Part shown: one piece after another, positions 1-15,000 of the stretch
Layout: each line of letters begins with the position of its first letter
Numbering within the stretch: position 1 is the first letter of the stretch
DNA from: Eledone cirrhosa
Lineage: Eukaryota
Assembly (NCBI GenBank): GCA_964016885.1
Contig: OZ024741.1
Location: 5,084,001-5,148,000 of the forward strand
Direction: 5' to 3'
DNA: 64,000 nt
Notes under the pieces: model-generated
What the model saw: the letters and a program-made list of their open reading frames with translations, nothing else
The model's database searches: none
Told to the model about the DNA's origin: nothing
Translations under genes and position numbers: made by a program

Positions 1-3000
1 TGTTTAGTGAATGTTAGAACTGTTTAGAAGGTGGGAGTATGTTGAAACTGGAGAGTTAGCCCTAAATGATAGTGTTTAGTGAATGTTAGAACTGTTTAGA
101 AGATGGGGTATGTTGAAACTGGAGAGTTAGCCCTAAATGATAGTGTTTAGTGAATGTTAGAACTGTTTAGAAGGTAGGTGGGGGGTATGTTGAAACTGGA
201 CAGTTAACCCTAAATTAGTGTTTAGTGAACGTTAGAACGGTTTAGAAAGTGGGGGTTATGTTGAAACTGGACAGTTAAGCCTAAATTATAGTGTTTAGTG
301 AATGTTAGAACGGTTTTGACAATGTGGGGGTTATGTTGAAACTGGACAGTTACCCCTAAATTATAGTGTTTAGTGAATGTTAGAACTGTTTAGAAGGTGG
401 GGGTATGTTGAAACTGGACAGTTAACCCTAAATTATAGTGTTTGGTGAATATTAAACTGTTTAGAAGGTGGGGTATGTTGAAACTGGACAGTTATCCTTA
501 AATTATAGTGTTTAGTGAATGTGAGACTGTTTAGAAGTTGGGTGGAGGGTATGTTGAAACTGGACAGTTAACCCTAAATTATAGTGTTTAGTGAATGTTA
601 GAACCGTTTAGAAGGTGCGGGGTATGCTGAATCTGGAGAGTTAGCCTTAAATTATAGTGTTTAGTGAATGTTAGAACTGTTTAGGTGGGGGTATGTTGAA
701 ACTGGAGAGTTAGCCCTAAATTATAGTGTTTAGTGAATGTTACAACTGTTTAGAAGGTGGGGTATGTTGAAACTGGAGAGTTAACCCTAAATTATAGTGT
801 TTAGTTAATTTTAGAACTGTTTAGAAGGTGGGGGTATGTTGAATCTGGAGTTAGCCCTAAATTATAGTGTTTAGTCAGGTTAGAACTGTTTAGAAGGTGG
901 AGGGTAGGTTGAAACTGGAGAGTTAGCCCTAAATTATAGTGTTTAGTGAATATTAAAACTGTTTAGGTGGGGGTATGTTGAGACTGGAGAGTTAGCCCTA
1001 AATTATAGTGTTTAGTGAATGTTAGAACTGTTTAGAAGGTGTGGGGTATGTTGAATCTGGAGAGTTAGCCCTAAATTATAGTGTTTAGTGAATGTTAGAA
1101 CTGTTTAGAAGGTGGAGGGTATATTGAAACTGGACAGTTAACCCTAAATTATAGTGTTTAGTGATTGTTAGAACCGTTTAGAAGGTGGGGGGGTATGTTG
1201 AAACTGGGCAGTTAACCCCAAATTATAGTGTTTAGTGAATGTTAGAACCGTTTAGAAGGTGGGGGGTATGTTGAAACTGGAGAGTTAGCCCTAAATGATA
1301 GTGTTTAATGAATGTTAGAACTGTTTAGAAGTGGGTGGGGGGTATGTTGAAACTGGACAGTTAACCCTAAATTATAGTGTTTAGTGAATGTTAGAACGGT
1401 TTAGAAAGTGGGGGTTATGTTGAAACTGGACAGTTAACCCTAAATTATAGTGTTTAGTGAATGTTAGAACTGTTTAGAAGGTGGAGGGTATGTTGAAACT
1501 GGAGAATTAGCCCTAAATTATAGTGTTTAGTGAATGTTAAAACTGTTTAGAAGGTGGGGTATGTTGAAACTGGAGAGTTAACCCTAAATTATAGTTTTTA
1601 GTGAATGTTAGAACTGTTTAGAAGGTGGGGGGTATGTTGAAACTGGACAGTTAACCCTAAATTAGTGTTTTTTGAATGTTAGAACTGTTTAGAAGTCGGG
1701 TGGAGGGTATGTTGAAACTGGACAGTTGACCCTAAATTATAGTGTTTAGTGAATGTTAGAACTGTTTAGAAGGTGGAGGGTATGTTGAAACTGGACAGTT
1801 AACCCTAAATTATAGTGTTTAGTGAATGTTAGAACTGTTTAGAATGTGGGGGGTATGTTGAAACTGAAGAGATAGCCCTAAATTATAGTTTAGTGAATGT
1901 TAGAACTGTTTAGAAGGTGGGGGGTATGTTGAATCTGGAGAGTTAGCCCTAAATTATAGTGTTTAGTGAATGTTAGAACTGTTTAGAAGGTGGAGGGTAT
2001 GTTGAAACTGGAGAGTTAGCCCTAAATGATAGTGTTTAGTGAATGTTAGAACTGTTTAGAAGGAGGGGTATGTTGAAACTGGAGAGTTAGCCCTAAATGA
2101 TAGTGTTTAGTGAATGTTAGAACTGTTTAGAAGGAGGGGTATGTTGAAACTGGAGAGTTAGCCCTAAATGATAGTGTTTAGTGAATGTTAGAACTGTTTA
2201 GAAGGTAGGTGGGGGGTATGTTGAAACTGGACAGTTAACCCTAAATTAGTGTTTAGTGAACGTTAGAACGGTTTAGAAAGTGGGGGTTATGTTGAAACTG
2301 GACAGTTAAGCCTAAATTATAGTGTTTAGTGAATGTTAGAACGGTTTTGACAATGTGGGGGTTATGTTGAAACTGGACAGTTACCCCTAAATTATAGTGT
2401 TTAGTGAATGTTAGAACTGTTTAGAAGGTGGGGGTATGTTGAAACTGGACAGTTAACCCTAAATTATAGTGTTTGGTGAATATTAAACTGTTTAGAAGGT
2501 GGGGGTATGTTGAAACTGGACAGTTATCCTTAAATTATAGTGTTTAGTGAATGTGAGACTGTTTAGAAGTTGGGTGGAGGGTATGTTGAAACTGGACAGT
2601 TAACCCTAAATTATAGTGTTTAGTGAATGTTAGAACCGTTTAGAAGGTGCGGGGTATGCTGAATCTGGAGAGTTAGCCCTAAATTATAGTGTTTAGTGAA
2701 TGTTAGAACTGTTTAGAAGGTGGAGGGTATATTGAAACTGGACAGTTAACCCTAAATTATAGTGTTTAGTGATTGTTAGAACCGTTTAGAAGGTGGGGGG
2801 GGGGGTATGTTGAAACTGGGCAGTTAACCCCAAATTATAGTGTTTAGTGAATGTTAGAACCGTTTAGAAGGTGGGGGGTATGTTGAAACTGGAGAGTTAG
2901 CCCTAAATGATAGTGTTTAATGAATGTTAGAACTGTTTAGAAGTGGGTGGGGGGTATTTTGAAACTGGACAGTTAACCCTAAATTATAGTGTTTAGTGAA

Positions 3001-6000
3001 TGTTAGAACGGTTTAGAAAGTGGGGGTTATGTTGAAACTGGACAGTTAACCCTAAATTATAGTGTTTAGTGAATGTTAGAACTGTTTAGAAGGTGGAGGG
3101 TATGTTGAAACTGGAGAATTAGCCCTAAATTATAGTGTTTAGTGAATGTTAAAACTGTTTAGAAGGTGGGGTATGTTGAAACTGGAGAGTTAACCCTAAA
3201 TTATAGTTTTTAGTGAATGTTAGAACTGTTTAGAAGGTGGGGGGTATGTTGAAACTGGACAGTTAACCCTAAATTAGTGTTTTTTGAATGTTAGAACTGT
3301 TTAGAAGTCGGGTGGAGGGTATGTTGAAACTGGACAGTTGACCCTAAATTATAGTGTTTAGTGAATGTTAGAACTGTTTAGAAGGTGGAGGGTATGTTGA
3401 AACTGGACAGTTAACCCTAAATTATAGTGTTTAGTGAATGTTAGAACTGTTTAGAAGGTGGGAGTATGTTGAAACTGGAGAGTTAGCCCTAAATGATAGT
3501 GTTTAGTGAATGTTAGAACTGTTTAGAAGATGGGTGGGGGGTATGTTGAAACTGGACAGTTAGCCCTAAATTATAGTGTTTAGTGAATGTTAGAACCGTT
3601 TAGAAGGTGGGGGGTATGTTGAATCTGGAGAGTTATCCCTAAATTATAGTGTTTAGTGAATGTTAGAACTGTTTAGAAGGTGGAGGGTATGTTGAAACTG
3701 GAGAGTTAGCCCTAAATGATAGTGTTTAGTGAATGTTAGAACTGTTTAGAAGGAGGGGTATGTTGAAACTGGAGAGTTAGCCCTAAATGATAGTGTTTAG
3801 TGAATGTTAGAACTGTTTAGAAGGTAGGTGGGGGGTATGTTGAAACTGGACAGTTAACCCTAAATTAGTGTTTAGTGAACGTTAGAACGGTTTAGAAAGT
3901 GGGGGTTATGTTGAAACTGGACAGTTAAGCCTAAATTATAGTGTTTAGTGAATGTTAGAACGGTTTTGACAATATGGGGGTTATGTTGAAACTGGACAGT
4001 TACCCCTAAATTATAGTGTTTAGTGAATGTTAGAACTGTTTAGAAGGTGGGGGTATGTTGAAACTGGACAGTTAACCCTAAATTATAGTGTTTGGTGAAT
4101 ATTAAAACTGTTTAGAAGGTGGGGGTATGTTGAAACTGGACAGTTATCCTTAAATTATAGTGTTTAGTGAATGTGAGACTGTTTAGAAGTTGGGTGGAGG
4201 GTATGTTGAAACTGGACAGTTAACCCTAAATTATAGTGTTTAGTGAATGTTAGAACCGTTTAGAAGGTGCGGGGTATGCTGAATCTGGAGAGTTAGCCTT
4301 AAATTATAGTGTTTAGTGAATGTTAGAACTGTTTAGGTGGGGGTATGTTGAAACTGGAGAGTTAGCCCTAAATTATAGTGTTTAGTGAATGTTACAACTG
4401 TTTAGAAGGTGGGGTATGTTGAAACTGGAGAGTTAACCCTAAATTATAGTGTTTAGTTAATTTTAGAACTGTTTAGAAGGTGGGGGTATGTTGAATCTGG
4501 AGTTAGCCCTAAATTATAGTGTTTAGTGAGGTTAGAACTGTTTAGAAGGTGGAGGGTAGGTTGAAACTGGAGAGTTAGCCCTAAATTATAGTGTTTAGTG
4601 AATATTAAAACTGTTTAGGTGGGGGTATGTTGAAACTGGAGAGTTAGCCCTAAATTATAGTGTTTAGTGAATGTTAGAACTGTTTAGAAGGTGGAGGTAT
4701 GTTGAAACTGGAGAGTTAGCCCTAAATTATAGTGTTTAGTGAATGTTAAAACTGTTTAGAACGTGGGGTATGTTGAAACTGGACAGTTAAGCCTAAATCA
4801 GTGTTTAGTGAATGTTAGAACTGTTTAGAAGGTGGGGGTATGTTGAAACTGCAGAGTTAGCCCTAAATTATAGTGTTTAGCGAATGTTAGAACTGTTTAG
4901 AAGGTGGGGGATATGCTGAATCTGGAGAGTTAGCCCTAAATGATAGTGTTTAGTGAATGTTAGAACTGTTTAGAAGGAGGGGTATGTTGAAACTGGAGAG
5001 TTAGCCCTAAATGATAGTGTTTAGTGAAAGTTAGAACTGTTTAGAAGGTGGAGGGTATATTGAAACTGGACAGTTAACCCTAAATTATAGTGTTTAGTGA
5101 TTGTTAGAACCGTTTAGAAGGTGGGGGGGTATGTTGAAACTGGGCAGTTACCCCTAAATTATAGTGTTTAGTGAATGTTAGAACCGTTTAGAAGGTGGGG
5201 GGTATGTTGAAACTGGAGAGTTAGCCCTAAATGGTAGTGTTTAATGAATGTTAGAACTGTTTAGAAGGTGGGTGGGGTGTATGTTGAAACTGGACAGTTA
5301 ACCCTAAATTAGTGTTTAGTGAACGTTAGAACGGTTTAGAAAGTGGGGGTTATGTTGAAACTGGACAGTTAACCCTAAATTATAGTGTTTAGTGAATGTT
5401 AGAACTGTTTAGAAGGTGGAGGGTATGTTGAAACTGGAGAATTAGCCCTAAATTATAGTGTTTAGTGAATGTTAAAACTGTTTAGAAGGTGGGGTATGTT
5501 GAAACTGGAGAGTTAACCCTAAATTATAGTTTTTAGTGAATGTTAGAACTGTTTAGAAGGTGGGGGGTATGTTGAAACTGGACAGTTAACCCTAAATTAA
5601 AGTGTTTTTTGAATGTTAGAACTGTTTAGAAGTCGGGTGGAGGGTATGTTGAAACTGGACAGTTGACCCTAAATTATAGTGTTTAGTGAATGTTAGAACT
5701 GTTTAGAAGGTGGAGGGTATGTTGAAACTGGACAGTTAACCCTAAATTATAGTGTTTAGTGAATGTTAGAACTGTTTAGAATGTGGGGGATATGTTGAAA
5801 CTGAAGAGATAGCCCTAAATTATAGTTTAGTGAATGTTAGAACTGTTTAGAAGGTGGGGGGTATGTTGAATCTGGAGAGTTAGCCCTAAATTATAGTGTT
5901 TAGTGAATGTTAGAACTGTTTAGAAGGTGGAGGGCAATGTTGAAACTGGAGAGTTAGCCCTAAATTATAGTGTTTAGTGAATGTTAGAACTGTTTAGAAG

Positions 6001-9000
6001 GTGGGAGTATGTTGAAACTGGAGAGTTAGCCCTAAATGATAGTGTTTAGTGAATGTTAGAACTGTTTAGAAGATGGGGTATGTTGAAACTGGAGAGTTAG
6101 CCCTAAATGATAGTGTTTAGTGAATGTTAGAACTGTTTAGAAGGTAGGTGGGGGGTATGTTGAAACTGGACAGTTAACCCTAAATTAGTGTTTAGTGAAC
6201 GTTAGAACGGTTTAGAAAGTGGGGGTTATGTTGAAACTGGACAGTTAAGCCTAAATTATAGTGTTTAGTGAATGTTAGAACGGTTTTGACAATGTGGGGG
6301 TTATGTTGAAACTGGACAGTTACCCCTAAATTATAGTGTTTAGTTAATGTTAGAACTGTTTAGAAGGTGGGGTATGTTGAAACTGGACAGTTAACCCTAA
6401 ATTATAGTGTTTGGTGAATATTAAACTGTTTAGAAGGTGGGGGTATGTTGAAACTGGACAGTTATCCTTAAATTATAGTGTTTAGTGAATGTGAGACTGT
6501 TTAGAAGTTGGGTGGAGGGTATGTTGAAACTGGACAGTTAACCCTAAATTATAGTGTTTAGTGAATGTTAGAACCGTTTAGAAGGTGCGGGGTATGCTGA
6601 ATCTGGAGAGTTAGCCTTAAATTATAGTGTTTAGTGAATGTTAGAACTGTTTAGGTGGGGGTATGTTGAAACTGGAGAGTTAGCCCTAAATTATAGTGTT
6701 TAGTGAATGTTACAACTGTTTAGAAGGTGGGGTATGTTGAAACTGGAGAGTTAGCCCTAAATGATAGTGTTTAGTGAATGTCAGAACTGTTTAGAAGGTG
6801 GGGGTATGTTGAATCTGGAGTTAGCCCTAAATTATAGTGTTTAGTGAGGTTAGAACTGTTTAGAAGGTGGAGGGTAGGTTGAAACTGGAGAGTTAGCCCT
6901 AAATTATAGTGTTTAGTGAATATTAAAACTGTTTAGGTGGGGGTATGTTGAAACTGGAGAGTTAGCCCTAAATTATAGTGTTTAGTGAATGTTAGAACTG
7001 TTTAGAAGGTGGGGGTATGTTGAAACTGGAGAGTTAGCCCTAAATTATAGTGTTTAGTGAATGTTAAAACTGTTTAGAACGTGGGGTATGTTGAAACTGG
7101 ACAGTTAAGCCTAAATCAGTGTTTAGTGAATGTTAGAACTGTTTAGAAGGTGGGGGTATGTTGAAACTGGAGAGTTAGCCCTAAATTATAGTGTTTAGTG
7201 AATGTTAGAACTGTTTAGAAGGTGGGGGATATGCCGAATCTGGAGAGTTAGCCCTAAATGATAGTGTTTAGTGAATGTCAGAACTGTTTAGAAGGAGGGG
7301 TATGTTGAAACTGGAGAGTTAGCCCTAAATGATAGTGTTTAGTGAATGTTAGAACTGTTTAGAAGGTGGAGGGTATATTGAAACTGGACAGTTACCCCTA
7401 AATTATAGTATTTAGTGATTGTTAGAACCGTTTAGAAGGTGGGGGGGTATGTTGAAACTGGGCAGTTAACCCTAAATTATAGTGTTTAGTGAATGTTAGA
7501 ACCGTTTAGAAGGTGGGGGTTATGTTGAAACTGGAGAGTTAGCCCTAAATGATAGTGTTTAATGAATGTTAGAACTGTTTAGAAGGTGGGTGGGGGGTAT
7601 GTTGAAACTGGACAGTTAACCCTAAATTAGTGTTTAGTGAACGTTAGAACGGTTTAGAAAGTGGGAGTTATGTTGAAACTGAACAGTTAAGCCTAAATTA
7701 CAGTGTTTAGTGAATGTTAGAACTGTTTAGAAGGTGGAGGGTATGTTGAAACTTGAGAGTTAGCCCTAAATTATAGTGTTTAGTGAATATTAACACTGTT
7801 TAGGTGGGGCGTATGTTGAATCTGGAAAGTTAATCCTAAATTAGTGGTTAGTGAATGGTAAAATTGTTTAGAAGGTGGGGTATGTTGAAACTGGAGAGTC
7901 AACCCTAAATTATGGTGTTTAGTGAATGTCTGAACTGTTTAGGTGGGGGTATGTTGAAACTGGAGAGTTAGCCCTAAATTATAGTGTTTAGTGAATGTTA
8001 GAACTGTTTAGAAGTTGGGTGGGGGGTATGTTGAAACTGGACAGTTAACCCTAAATTATAGTGTTTAGTGAATGTTAGAACTGTTTAGAATGTGGGGGTA
8101 TGTTGAAACTGGACAGTTAACCCTAAATTATAGTGTTTGGTGAATGTTAAACTGTTTAGAAGGTGGGGGTATGTTGAAACTGGACAGTTATCCTTAAATT
8201 ATAGTGTTTAGTGAATGTGAGACTGTTTAGAAGTTGGGTGGAGGGTATGTTGAAACTGGACAGTTAACCCTAAATTATAGTGTTTAGTGAATGTTAGAAC
8301 CGTTTAGAAGGTGCGGGGTATGCTGAATCTGGAGAGTTAGCCTTAAATTATAGTGTTTAGTGAATGTTAGAACTGTTTAGGTGGGGGTATGTTGAAACTG
8401 GAGAGTTAGCCCTAAATTATAGTGTTTAGTGAATGTTACAACTGTTTAGAAGGTGGGGTATGTTGAAACTGGAGAGTTAACCCTAAATTATAGTGTTTAG
8501 TTAATTTTAGAACTGTTTAGAAGGTGGGGGTATGTTGAATCTGGAGTTTGCCCTAAATTATAGTGTTTAGTGAGGTTAGAACTGTTTAGAAGGTGGAGGG
8601 TAGGTTGAAACTGGAGAGTTAGCCCTAAATGATAGTGTTTAGTGAATGTTAGAACTGTTTAGAAGGTGGGTGGGGGGTATGTTGAAACTGGGCAATCAAC
8701 CCTAAATTATAGTGTTTAGTGAATGTTAGAACCGTTTAGAAGGTGGGGGGTTATGTTGAAACTGGAGTTAGCCCTAAATGATAGTGTTTAGTGAATGTTA
8801 GAACTGTTTAGAAGGTGGGTGGGGGGTATGTTGAAACTGGACAGTTAACCCTAAATTATAGTGTTTAGTGAATGTTAGAACGGTTTAGAAAGTGGGGGTT
8901 ATGTTGAAACTGGACAGTTAACCCTAAATTATAGTGTTTAGTGAATGTTAGAACTGTTTAGAAGGTGGAGGGTATGTTGAAACTGGAGAGTTAGCCCTAA

Positions 9001-12000
9001 ATTATAGTGTTTAGTGAATGTTAAAACTGTTTAGAAGGTGGGGTATGTTGAAACTGGAGAGTTAACCCTAAATTATAGTTTTTAGTGAATGTTAGAACTG
9101 TTTAGAAGGTGGGGGGTATGTTGAAACTGGACAGTTAACCCTAAATTATAGTGTTTAGTGAATGTTAGAACGGTTTAGAAAGTGGGAGTTATGTTGGGAA
9201 CTAGAGAGTTAGCCCTAAATTATAGTGTTTAGTGAATGTTAAAACTGTTTAGAAGGTGGGGTATGTTGAAACTGGACAGTTAAGCCTAAATTATAGTGTT
9301 TAGTGAATGTTAGAACTGTTTAGGTGGGGGGTATGTTGAAACTGGAGAGTTAACCCTAAATTATAGTGTTTAGTGAATGTTAGAACTGTTTAGAAGTTGG
9401 GTGGGGGGTATGTTGAAACTGGACAGTTGTCCCTAAATTATAGTGTTTAGTGAATGTTAGAACTGTTTAGAAGGTGGGGGTATGTTGAAACTGGACAGTT
9501 AACCCTAAATTATAGTGTTTGGTGAATATTAAACTGTTTAGAAGGTGGGGGTATGTTGAAACTGGACAGTTATCCTTAAATTATAGTGTTTAGTGAATGT
9601 GAGACTGTTTAGAAGTTGGGTGGAGGGTATGTTGAAACTGGACAGTTAACCCTAAATTATAGTGTTTAGTGAATGTTAGAACCGTTTAGAAGGTGCGGGG
9701 TATGCTGAATCTGGAGAGTTAGCCTTAAATTATAGTGTTTAGTGAATGTTAGAACTGTTTAGGTGGGGGTATGTTGAAACTGGAGAGTTAGCCCTAAATT
9801 ATAGTGTTTAGTGAATGTTACAACTGTTTAGAAGGTGGGGTATGTTGAAACTGGAGAGTTAACCCTAAATTATAGTGTTTAGTGAATGTTAGAACTGTTT
9901 AGAAGGTGGGGGATATGTTGAATCTGGAGAGTTAGCCCTAAATTATAGTGTTTAGTGAATGTTAGAACTGTTTAGAAGGTGGGGGTATGTTGAATCTGGA
10001 GAGTTAGCCCTAAATTATAGTGTTTAGTGAATGTTAGAACTGTTTAGAAGGTGGAGGGTATGTTGAAACTGGAGAGTTAGCCCTAAATTATAGTGTTTAG
10101 TGAATGTTATGACTCTTTAGAAGGTGGGGGTATGTTGAAACTGGAGAGTTAGCCCTAAATGATAGTGTTTAGTGAATGTTAGAACTATTTAGAAGGTGGG
10201 TGGGGGGTATGTTGAAACTGGACAGTTAACCCTAAATTATAGTGTTTAGTGATTGTTAGAACCGTTTAGAAGGTGGGGGGGGGGGGGGTATGTTGTAACT
10301 GGGCAGTTAACCCAAAATTATAGTGTTTAGTGAATGTTAGAACCGTTTAGAAGGTGGGGGGGTATGTTAAAACTGGAGAGTTAGCCCTAAATGATAGTGT
10401 TTAATGAATGTTAGAACTGTTTAGAAGGTGGGTGGGGGGTATGTTGAAACTGGACAGTTAACCCTAAATTATAGTGTTTAGTGAATGTTAGAACGGTTTA
10501 GAAAGTGGGGGTTATGTTGAAACTGGACAGTTAACCCTAAATTATAGTGTTTAGTGAATGGTAGAACTGTTTAGAAGTCGGGTGGAGGGTATGTTGAAAC
10601 TGGACAGTTGACCCTAAATTATAGTGTTTAGTGAATGTTAGAACTGTTTAGAAGGTGGAGGGTATGTTGAAACTGGACAGTTAACCCTAAATTATAGTGT
10701 TTAGTGAATGTTAGAACTGTTTAGAATGTGGGGGGGATGTTGAAACTGAAGAGATAGCCCTAAATTATAGTGTTTAGTGAATGTTAGAACTGTTTAGAAG
10801 GTGGGAGTATGTTGAAACTGGAGAGTTAGCCCTAAATGATAGTGTTTAGTGAATGTTAGAACTGTTTAGAAGATGGGTGGGGGGTATGTTGAAACTGGAC
10901 AGTTAACCCTAAATTATAGTGTTTTTTGAATGTTAGAACTGTTTAGAAGTCGGGTGGAGGGTATGTTGAAACTGGACAGTTAACCCTAAATTATAGTGTT
11001 TGGTGAATGTTAAACTGTTTAGAACGTGGGGGTATGTTGAAACTGGACAGTTAACCCTAAATTATAGTGTTTAGTGAATGTTAGAACCGTTTAGAAGGTG
11101 GTGGGGTATGTTGAATCTGGAGAGTTATCCCTAAATTATAGTGTTTAGTGAATGTTAGAACTGTTTAGAAGGTGGAGGGTATGTTGAAACTGGAGAGTTA
11201 GCCCTAAATGATAGTGTTTAGTGAATGTTAGAACTGTTTAGATGGTGGGGTATGTTGAAACTGGAGAGTTAGCCCTAAATGATAGTGTTTAGTGAATGTT
11301 AGAACTGTTTAGAAGGTGGGGGGTATGTTGAAACTGGGCAGTTAACCCTAAATTAAAGTGTTTTTTGAATGTTAGAACTGTTTAGAAGTCGGGTGGAGGG
11401 TATGTTGAAACTGGACAGTTGACCCTAAATTAGTGTTTAGTGAACGTTAGAACGGTTTAGAAAGTGGGGGTTATGTTGAAACTGGACAGTTAAGCCTAAA
11501 TTATAGTGTTTAGTGAATGTTAGAACTGTTTAGAAGGTGGAGGGTATGTTGAAACTTGAGAGTTAGCCCTAAATTATAGTGTTTAGTGAATATTAACACT
11601 GTTTAGGTGGGGCGTATGTTGAAACTGGAGAGTTAGCCCTAAATGATAGTGTTTAGTGAATGTTAGAACTGTTTAGAAGGTGGGTGGGGTGTATGTTGAA
11701 ACTGGGCAGTTAACATTAATTTTATAGTGTTTAGTGAATGTTAGAACCGTTTAGAAGGTGGGGGGGTATGTTGAAACTGGAGTTAGCCCTAAATGATAGT
11801 GTTTAGTGAATGTTAGAACTGTTTAACAGGTGGGTGGGGGGTATGTTGAAACTGGACAGTTAACCCTAAATTATAGTGTTTAGTGAATGTTAGAACGGTT
11901 TAGAAAGTGGGGGTTATGTTGAAACTGGACAGTTAACCCTAAATTATAGTGTTTAGTGAATGTTAGAACTGTTTAGAAGGTGGAGGGTATGTTGAAACTG

Positions 12001-15000
12001 GAGAGTTAGCCCTAAATTATAGTGTTTAGTGAATGTTAAAACTGTTTAGAAGGTGGGGTATGTTGAAACTGGAGAGTTAACCCTAAATTATAGTTTTTAG
12101 TGAATGTTAGAACTGTTTAGAAGGTGGGGGTATGTTGAAACTGGAAAGTTAACCCTAAATTATAGTGTTTAGTGAATGTTAGAACGGTTTAGAAAGTGGG
12201 AGTTATGTTGAAACTAGAGAGTTAGCCCTAAATTATAGTGTTTAGTGAATGTTAAAACTGTTTAGAAGGTGGGGTATGTTGAAACTGGACAGTTAAGCCC
12301 AAATTATAGTGTTTAGTGAATGTTAGAACTGTTTAGGTGGGGGGTATGTTGAAACTGGAGAGTTAACCCTAAATTATAGTGTTTAGTGAATGTTAGAACT
12401 GTTTAGAAGTTGGGTGGGGGGTATGTTGAAACTGGACAGTTGTCCCTAAATTATAGTGTTTAGTGAATGTTAGAACGGTTTTGACAATGTGGGGGTTATG
12501 TTGAAACTGGACAGTTACCCCTAAATTATAGTGTTTAGTGAATGTTAGAACTGTTTAGAAGGTGGAGGGTATGTTGAAACTGGAGAGTTAGCCCTAAATT
12601 ATAGTGTTTAGTGAATATTATAACTGTTTAGGTGGGGGTATGTTGAAACTGGAGAGTTAGCCCTAAATTATAGTGTTTAGTGAATGTTAGAACTGTTTAG
12701 AAGGTGGGGGTATGTTGAAACTGGAGAGTTAGCCCTAAATTATAGTGTTTAGTGAATGTTAAAACTGTTTAGAAGGTGGGGTATGTTCAAACTGGACAGT
12801 TAAGCCTAAATCAGTGTTTAGTGAATGTTAGAACTGTTTAGAAGGTGGGGGTATGTTGAAACTGGAGAGTTAACCCTAAATTATAGTGTTTAGTGAATGT
12901 TAGAACTGTTTAGAAGGTGGGGGATATGTTGAATCTGGAGAGTTAGCCCTAAATTATAGTGATTAGTGAATGTTAGAACTGTTTAGAAGGTGGGGGATAT
13001 GTTGAATCTGGAGAGTTAGCCCTAAATTATAGTGATTAGTGAATGTTAGAACTGTTTAGAAGGTGGAGGGTATGTTGAAACTGGACAGTTAACCCTAAAT
13101 TATAGTGTTTAGTGAATGTTAGAACTGTTTAGAAGGTGGGAGTATGTTGAAACTGGAGAGTTAGCCCTAAATGATAGTGTTTAGTGAATGTTAGAACTGT
13201 TTAGAAGATGGGTGGGGGGTATGTTGAAACTGGACAGTTAACCCTAAATTATAGTGTTTTTTGAATGTTAGAACTGTTTAGAAGTCGGGTGGAGGGTATG
13301 TTGAAACTGGACAGTTAACCCTAAATTATAGTGTTTGGTGAATGTTAAACTGTTTAGAACGTGGGGGTATGTTGAAACTGGACAGTTAACCCTAAATTAT
13401 AGTGTTTAGTGAATGTTAGAACCGTTTAGAAGGTGGTGGGGTATGTTGAATCTGGAGAGTTATCCCTAAATTATAGTGTTTAGTGAATGTTAGAACTGTT
13501 TAGAAGGTGGAGGGTATGTTGAAACTGGAGAGTTAGCCCTAAATGATAGTGTTTAGTGAATGTTAGAACTGTTTAGATGGTGGGGTGTTGAAACTGGAGA
13601 GTTAGCCCTAAATGATAGTGTTTAGTGAATGTTAGAACTGTTTAGAAGGTGGGTGGGGGGTATGTTGAAACTGGACAGTTAACCCTAAATTAGTGTTTAG
13701 TGAACGTTAGAACGGTTTAGAAAGTGGGGGTTATGTTGAAACTGGACAGTTAAGCCTAAATTATAGTGTTTAGTGAATGTTAGAACTGTTTAGAAGGTGG
13801 AGGGTATGTTGAAACTTGAGAGTTAGCCCTAAATTATAGTGTTTAGTGAATATTAACACTGTTTAGGTGGGGCGTATGTTGAAACTGGAGAGTTAGCCCT
13901 AAATGATAGTGTTTAGTGAATGTTAGAACTGTTTAGAAGGTGGGTGGGGTGTATGTTGAAACTGGGCAGTTAACATTAATTTTATAGTGTTTAGTGAATG
14001 TTAGAACCGTTTAGAAGGTGGGGGGGTATGTTGAAACTGGAGTTAGCCCTAAATGATAGTGTTTAGTGAATGTTAGAACTGTTTAACAGGTGGGTGGGGG
14101 GTATGTTGAAACTGGACAGTTAACCCTAAATTATAGTGTTTAGTGAATGTTAGAACGGTTTAGAAAGTGGGGGTTATGTTGAAACTGGACAGTTAACCCT
14201 AAATTATAGTGTTTAGTGAATGTTAGAACTGTTTAGAAGGTGGAGGGTAGGTTGAAACTGGAGAGTTAGCCCTAAATTATAGTGTTTAGTGAATGTTAAA
14301 ACTGTTTAGAAGGTGGGGTATGTTGAAACTGGAGAGTTAACCCTAAATTATAGTTTTTAGTGAATGTTAGAACTGTTTAGAAGGTGGGGGGTATGTTGAA
14401 ACTGGACAGTTAACCCTAAATTATAGTGTTTAGTGAATGTTAGAACGGTTTAGAAAGTGGGAGTTATGTTGAAACTAGAGAGTTAGCCCTAAATTATAGT
14501 GTTTAGTGAATGTTAAAACTGTTTAGAAGGTGGGGTATGTTGAAACTGGACAGTTAAGCCCAAATTATAGTGTTTAGTGAATGTTAGAACTGTTTAGGTG
14601 GGGGGTATGTTGAAACTGGAGAGTTAACCCTAAATTATAGTGTTTAGTGAATGTTAGAACTGTTTAGAAGTTGGGTGGGGGGTATGTTGAAACTGGACAG
14701 TTGTCCCTAAATTATAGTGTTTAGTGAATGTTAGAACGGTTTTGACAATGTGGGGGTTATGTTGAAACTGGACAGTTACCCCTAAATTATAGTGTTTAGT
14801 GAATGTTAGAACTGTTTAGAAGGTGGAGGGTATGTTGAAACTGGAGAGTTAGCCCTAAATTATAGTGTTTAGTGAATATTATAACTGTTTAGGTGGGGGT
14901 ATGTTGAAACTGGAGAGTTAGCCCTAAATTATAGTGTTTAGTGAATGTTAGAACTGTTTAGAAGGTGGGGGTATGTTGAAACTGGAGAGTTAGCCCTAAA

